Part shown: positions 60,844-64,000 of the stretch, one piece after another
How the letters are laid out: the number at the start of each line of letters is the position of its first letter
How positions within the stretch are numbered: position 1 is the stretch's first letter
From: Anaerohalosphaeraceae bacterium
Lineage (GTDB): Bacteria > Planctomycetota > Phycisphaerae > Sedimentisphaerales > Anaerohalosphaeraceae
Assembly: GCA_963675525.2 (NCBI GenBank)
Contig: CAXXSL010000011.1
Coordinates: forward strand, 416,001-480,000
DNA length: 64,000 bases
Reading direction: 5' to 3'
Notes under the pieces: generated by a model
What the model saw: the letters and a program-made list of their open reading frames with translations, nothing else
Database searches by the model: none
What the model was told of the DNA's origin: nothing
Translations under genes and position numbers: made by a program

Positions 60844-62880
60844 GTGGCAGATCTTAAGGACATTCGTAATATCGTGCTGTTAGGGCACGGTAACTCAGGT
60901 AAGACATCGTTAGCAGAAGCCATTCTTCATACGACCGGGGCCATTAACCGGCTCGGCAGCATTGATGAGAAAAACACGGTCAGCGATTACGACGATGAGG
61001 AAAAGGAACGCGGCAATTCGATTCATTCATCGTTGATGCACGTTACTTACAACAACAAACTCATCAATATCGTTGACACCCCCGGTTACCCTGACTTTGT
61101 CGGTCCGGCCCTGCTTTCCATCCCCGCCGCCGAGACAGCCGTGATCGTCATCAACGCGGCCTCCGGCATCGAGATGAACACCCGCAAGCTGTTTCAGGCC
61201 GCCACCAATACCGGTAAGGCTCGCGTGATCGTCATCAATAAAATGGATTCGGATAATGTCGATCTGACCGAACTGGTCGAACAAATTCGCGAAACCTTCG
61301 GCAGCCAATGCCGCTGTGCGAACGTACCGAATATGGATAAATCTGCTATCATTGACTGTATCGTCAATACGTCGGGCGATTCATCCGTCCGCGACGTTGC
61401 TGAGGCCCACACCAATATTCTGGAAAGCGTGATCGAGGCCGATGATGCAATGATGGAGGCCTATCTGGGCGGCGAAACAATTTCGCCCGAACAGGTGGCC
61501 AGCGTCTTTGTCAAGGCCTTGCGTCAGGGCACCGTCATCCCAATCGTCTTTACCAATGCACGCAAAGAGATCGGTATTAAAGAACTGCTCGATCTGATCA
61601 CCAAAGAAACACCGTCTCCGGCCGATGCCGGCGAGGCAATTCTCAAAGACGGCGAAACCGAAACCCCGGTAAAAGCGGACCCGAACGGCCCGCTGGCCGG
61701 ACTGGTATTTCGCGTCGGCTATGACCCGCGGTCAAATATGAAATATGCCTCCATTCGCATTTTCAGCGGTTCGATAGATTCCGGCTCGCAACTGCATATC
61801 AATGACGCCAAAAAAGGCGTCCGGATCGGGCACCCAATGAAATTGCAGGGCGCCGATAGCAGCGACGTCGATAAAGGCACCTGCGGCGACATTATCACGC
61901 TTGCCAAGATCGATGAGCTCAAGCCCGGCGACCTGGTCCATGACGGCAGCATGACCGGCAAGTTTATGATGCCTGCCGTACCCAGGCCGATGTTCGGACT
62001 GGCCCTGGAACCAGCCGCACGCGGCGAGGAAAACAAAATCAGCGCCGCCCTGGACAAACTCACTGACGAGGACCCCTGTTTTTCCGTCTCCCACGATGCA
62101 CAGACCAAGGAACTGGTCATCAGTGGCTTGGGCGACCTGCACCTGCGTGTGATGCTGTCCAAGCTGGAAAATCGCTACAAAGTGCATGTCAACACCAAGC
62201 CCCCGAAGATCCCCTATCGTGAAACCATTACCGGCAAGGCCGAAGGCCACTACCGCCACAAGAAACAGTCCGGCGGCGCCGGCCAGTTCGGAGAGTGCTA
62301 TATCCGCATCGAACCGGCCGAACGCGATTCCGATCCGTCCCTGATTTACAGTTGGGACATTTTCGGCGGCTCGATTCCCGGCCAGTACGAGCCGGCTATT
62401 CTCAAAGGCATCAACGACATCATGGACAGCGGATTTCTGGCCGGTTACCCCATGCAGGACGTTAAAGTATCGGTCTATGACGGCAAATATCACCCGGTTG
62501 ACTCCAAGGAAGTGGCCTTCCGCGCCGCCGGCAAAGGCGCCTTTATCGATGCACTGGAAAAGGCCAAACCCGTGCTGCTGGAACCGATCGTCAATATCGA
62601 GATCACCATCCCGGCCGAAAACATGGGCGACATCACCGGCGACCTCGCATCCCGTCGCGGCCGCGTCAGCGGACAGGACATGCTGCCCGGTAACATGATG
62701 GTCATCAAGGCGCAGGTACCGTTGAGCGAAGTGTCCAACTATAACAGCCAGCTCAAGAGCGTCACGGGCGGTCAGGGCAGCTACTCAATGGAACTGAGCC
62801 ACTATGAGCCGACCGCACCCAATATCCAGATGCAGGTGATCGAACAGTACAAGAAAGAAAAAGCGGCTGAACACGAATAA
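60844..62880 (+). CDS. fusA: Elongation factor G-like protein (EF-G paralog)
   Basis: GHGNSGKT, DTPGY, NKMD, GLGDLHL, IPYRETI, HKKQSGGAGQFG, HPVDS; RGNSI instead of RGITI and not in the str operon. Confidence 0.9.
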   Translation: MADLKDIRNIVLLGHGNSGKTSLAEAILHTTGAINRLGSIDEKNTVSDYDDEEKERGNSIHSSLMHVTYNNKLINIVDTPGYPDFVGPALLSIPAAETAVIVINAASGIEMNTRKLFQAATNTGKARVIVINKMDSDNVDLTELVEQIRETFGSQCRCANVPNMDKSAIIDCIVNTSGDSSVRDVAEAHTNILESVIEADDAMMEAYLGGETISPEQVASVFVKALRQGTVIPIVFTNARKEIGIKELLDLITKETPSPADAGEAILKDGETETPVKADPNGPLAGLVFRVGYDPRSNMKYASIRIFSGSIDSGSQLHINDAKKGVRIGHPMKLQGADSSDVDKGTCGDIITLAKIDELKPGDLVHDGSMTGKFMMPAVPRPMFGLALEPAARGEENKISAALDKLTDEDPCFSVSHDAQTKELVISGLGDLHLRVMLSKLENRYKVHVNTKPPKIPYRETITGKAEGHYRHKKQSGGAGQFGECYIRIEPAERDSDPSLIYSWDIFGGSIPGQYEPAILKGINDIMDSGFLAGYPMQDVKVSVYDGKYHPVDSKEVAFRAAGKGAFIDALEKAKPVLLEPIVNIEITIPAENMGDITGDLASRRGRVSGQDMLPGNMMVIKAQVPLSEVSNYNSQLKSVTGGQGSYSMELSHYEPTAPNIQMQVIEQYKKEKAAEHE

Positions 62881-62898
62881 CCCCCTTTGAAGCAATCC

Positions 62899-62934
62899 AA
62901 AAGCCCGGTCTGTCAAACAGCCCGGGCTTTTTTT
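62899..62934 (+). terminator. Intrinsic terminator after the EF-G paralog
   Basis: AAAAGCCCGG..CCGGGC-T7. Confidence 0.8.
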
Positions 62935-63026
62935 ATCGTAAAAATACTGAAACACTTCAAGACTTTCCGCATCTTATTAAATGTTGACGCATTGAAACGA
63001 ATGGGGTATGTTTTTAGCAGAATTAT

Positions 63027-63051
63027 GGATTCCCGCCTTCGCGGGAATGAC
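63027..63051. repeat. Short palindromic repeat matching the ATTCCC-N8-GGGAAT pattern
   Basis: GGATTCCCGCCTTCGCGGGAATGAC. Confidence 0.7.
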
Positions 63052-63086
63052 AATAACGCGACTTAATGCGTCAAAAGGAGATTTCT

Positions 63087-63647
63087 ATGCCGGGTTTAAT
63101 CATTGTAGGCGTTATTTTTCTGTTCATTCTGCTGATTCCCGTGTTGATGTATAACACGCTCGTCGGCAAGCGCAACCAGGTACACAACATTTTCGGCACC
63201 ATGGACGCGATGCTCAAGAAACGCTGGGACCTGATTCCCAACCTCGTCTCCACCGTCAAGGGCTATGCCGACCATGAGCGCGGATTGTTTGAAGCCGTCA
63301 CCGAAGCTCGCGCCAAGGCCCAGTCCGGCCAGCTTGACAACAACCAAAAGGTCGGGCTGGAAAACTCGTTCATGCAGTTATTGGGCGTTGTGCGAGCAAC
63401 CGTGGAAAACTACCCGCAGCTAAAGGCCTCCGACAACTTCATGCACCTGCAGCGAACGCTGAACGAACTGGAAGAGCAGATTTCCGCGGCTCGGCGGGCT
63501 TATAATGCTTCAGTAACGGATTATAACAATTCCGTGCAGATGTTCCCGACCAATATCATCGCCGGAATGTTCAATTTCAAAGAAATGACCCTCTTCCAAA
63601 TCGACCCAAACGAACGCGAAAACCCGGAAGTTGGAAAACTGTTATGA
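63087..63647 (+). CDS. lemA: LemA family protein
   Basis: N-terminal TM, YNTLV, KRWDLIPNLV, ENYPQLKA, ARRAYN, FPTNIIA; ATG 63087 after AAGGAG. Confidence 0.93.
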   Translation: MPGLIIVGVIFLFILLIPVLMYNTLVGKRNQVHNIFGTMDAMLKKRWDLIPNLVSTVKGYADHERGLFEAVTEARAKAQSGQLDNNQKVGLENSFMQLLGVVRATVENYPQLKASDNFMHLQRTLNELEEQISAARRAYNASVTDYNNSVQMFPTNIIAGMFNFKEMTLFQIDPNERENPEVGKLL

Positions 63648-63720
63648 TTAAACATAGAAAACTACACAGACAGTATATAGGCTGTCAAATAGGTCGTATA
63701 CAAATAGGAGAAGAAAAGGA

Positions 63721-64000
63721 GTGAAGCATATACTGATAATTGCAATATTACTGATTCTAGTTGCTATATTCGCGTTTGGATTATTTAAGCAACCAGATAA
63801 TATTTTACATCCAACAAAACACGAAATTGACGGTATATTTTCAGATTGGTCAAACGAACAACTGTTTATCAATGAAGTAGGCGCTATCGGCCGTGGCGAC
63901 TCTCAAATCAACATCGATCTGAAGCAATTGTATTTGGACTATGATAATTCATTTTTATATCTATTCATAAAATGTGATCCGAGGCTTATGACGCATTTCA
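63721..64000 (+). CDS. Hypothetical exported protein, runs off the window
   Basis: GTG after AAAAGGA; hand translation MKHILIIAILLILVAIFAFG...EIDGIFSDW...YLDYDNSFLYLFI is open to the window end. Confidence 0.6.
   Translation, partial: MKHILIIAILLILVAIFAFGLFKQPDNILHPTKHEIDGIFSDWSNEQLFINEVGAIGRGDSQINIDLKQLYLDYDNSFLYLFIKCDPRLMTHF

Overview
A 64-kb, gene-dense stretch of bacterial chromosome. Gene content suggests a Planctomycetota organism, probably Phycisphaerae/Sedimentisphaerales-like; this is an inference from the sulfatase, GLUG-repeat surface protein and Lys-rich-tailed DksA, not a database result. Most of it is housekeeping: leuS, kdsA, xerC, yacG, dksA, btuFCD-like ABC transporter, mutL, gpmI, lspA, valS, rho, coaE, dtxR-feoA-feoB, glmS, an Opp/Dpp ABC operon with two binding proteins, ptsN, glgP, an EF-G paralog and lemA. 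Five genes (feoB, the GLUG protein, glmS, an ACT protein, glgP) are broken, mostly by single extra bases in short homopolymers, most likely sequencing error. No rRNA, tRNA, CRISPR array or transposase was recognised. The most unusual part is a ~1.7-kb non-coding locus (36.3-38.0 kb) built from two tandem units. Each unit has a boxA-like/AGAGTGCGAGC hairpin leader, a REP-like palindrome, and an exactly 115-bp element with AACCCAAT boxes around a core at identical offset. Other notable items are in-frame inserts in valS, the CapD-like gene and oppB, a dispersed REP-like family, a DtxR-type operator over its own promoter, and a heme-DOMON lipoprotein/orphan kinase/beta-barrel cassette.
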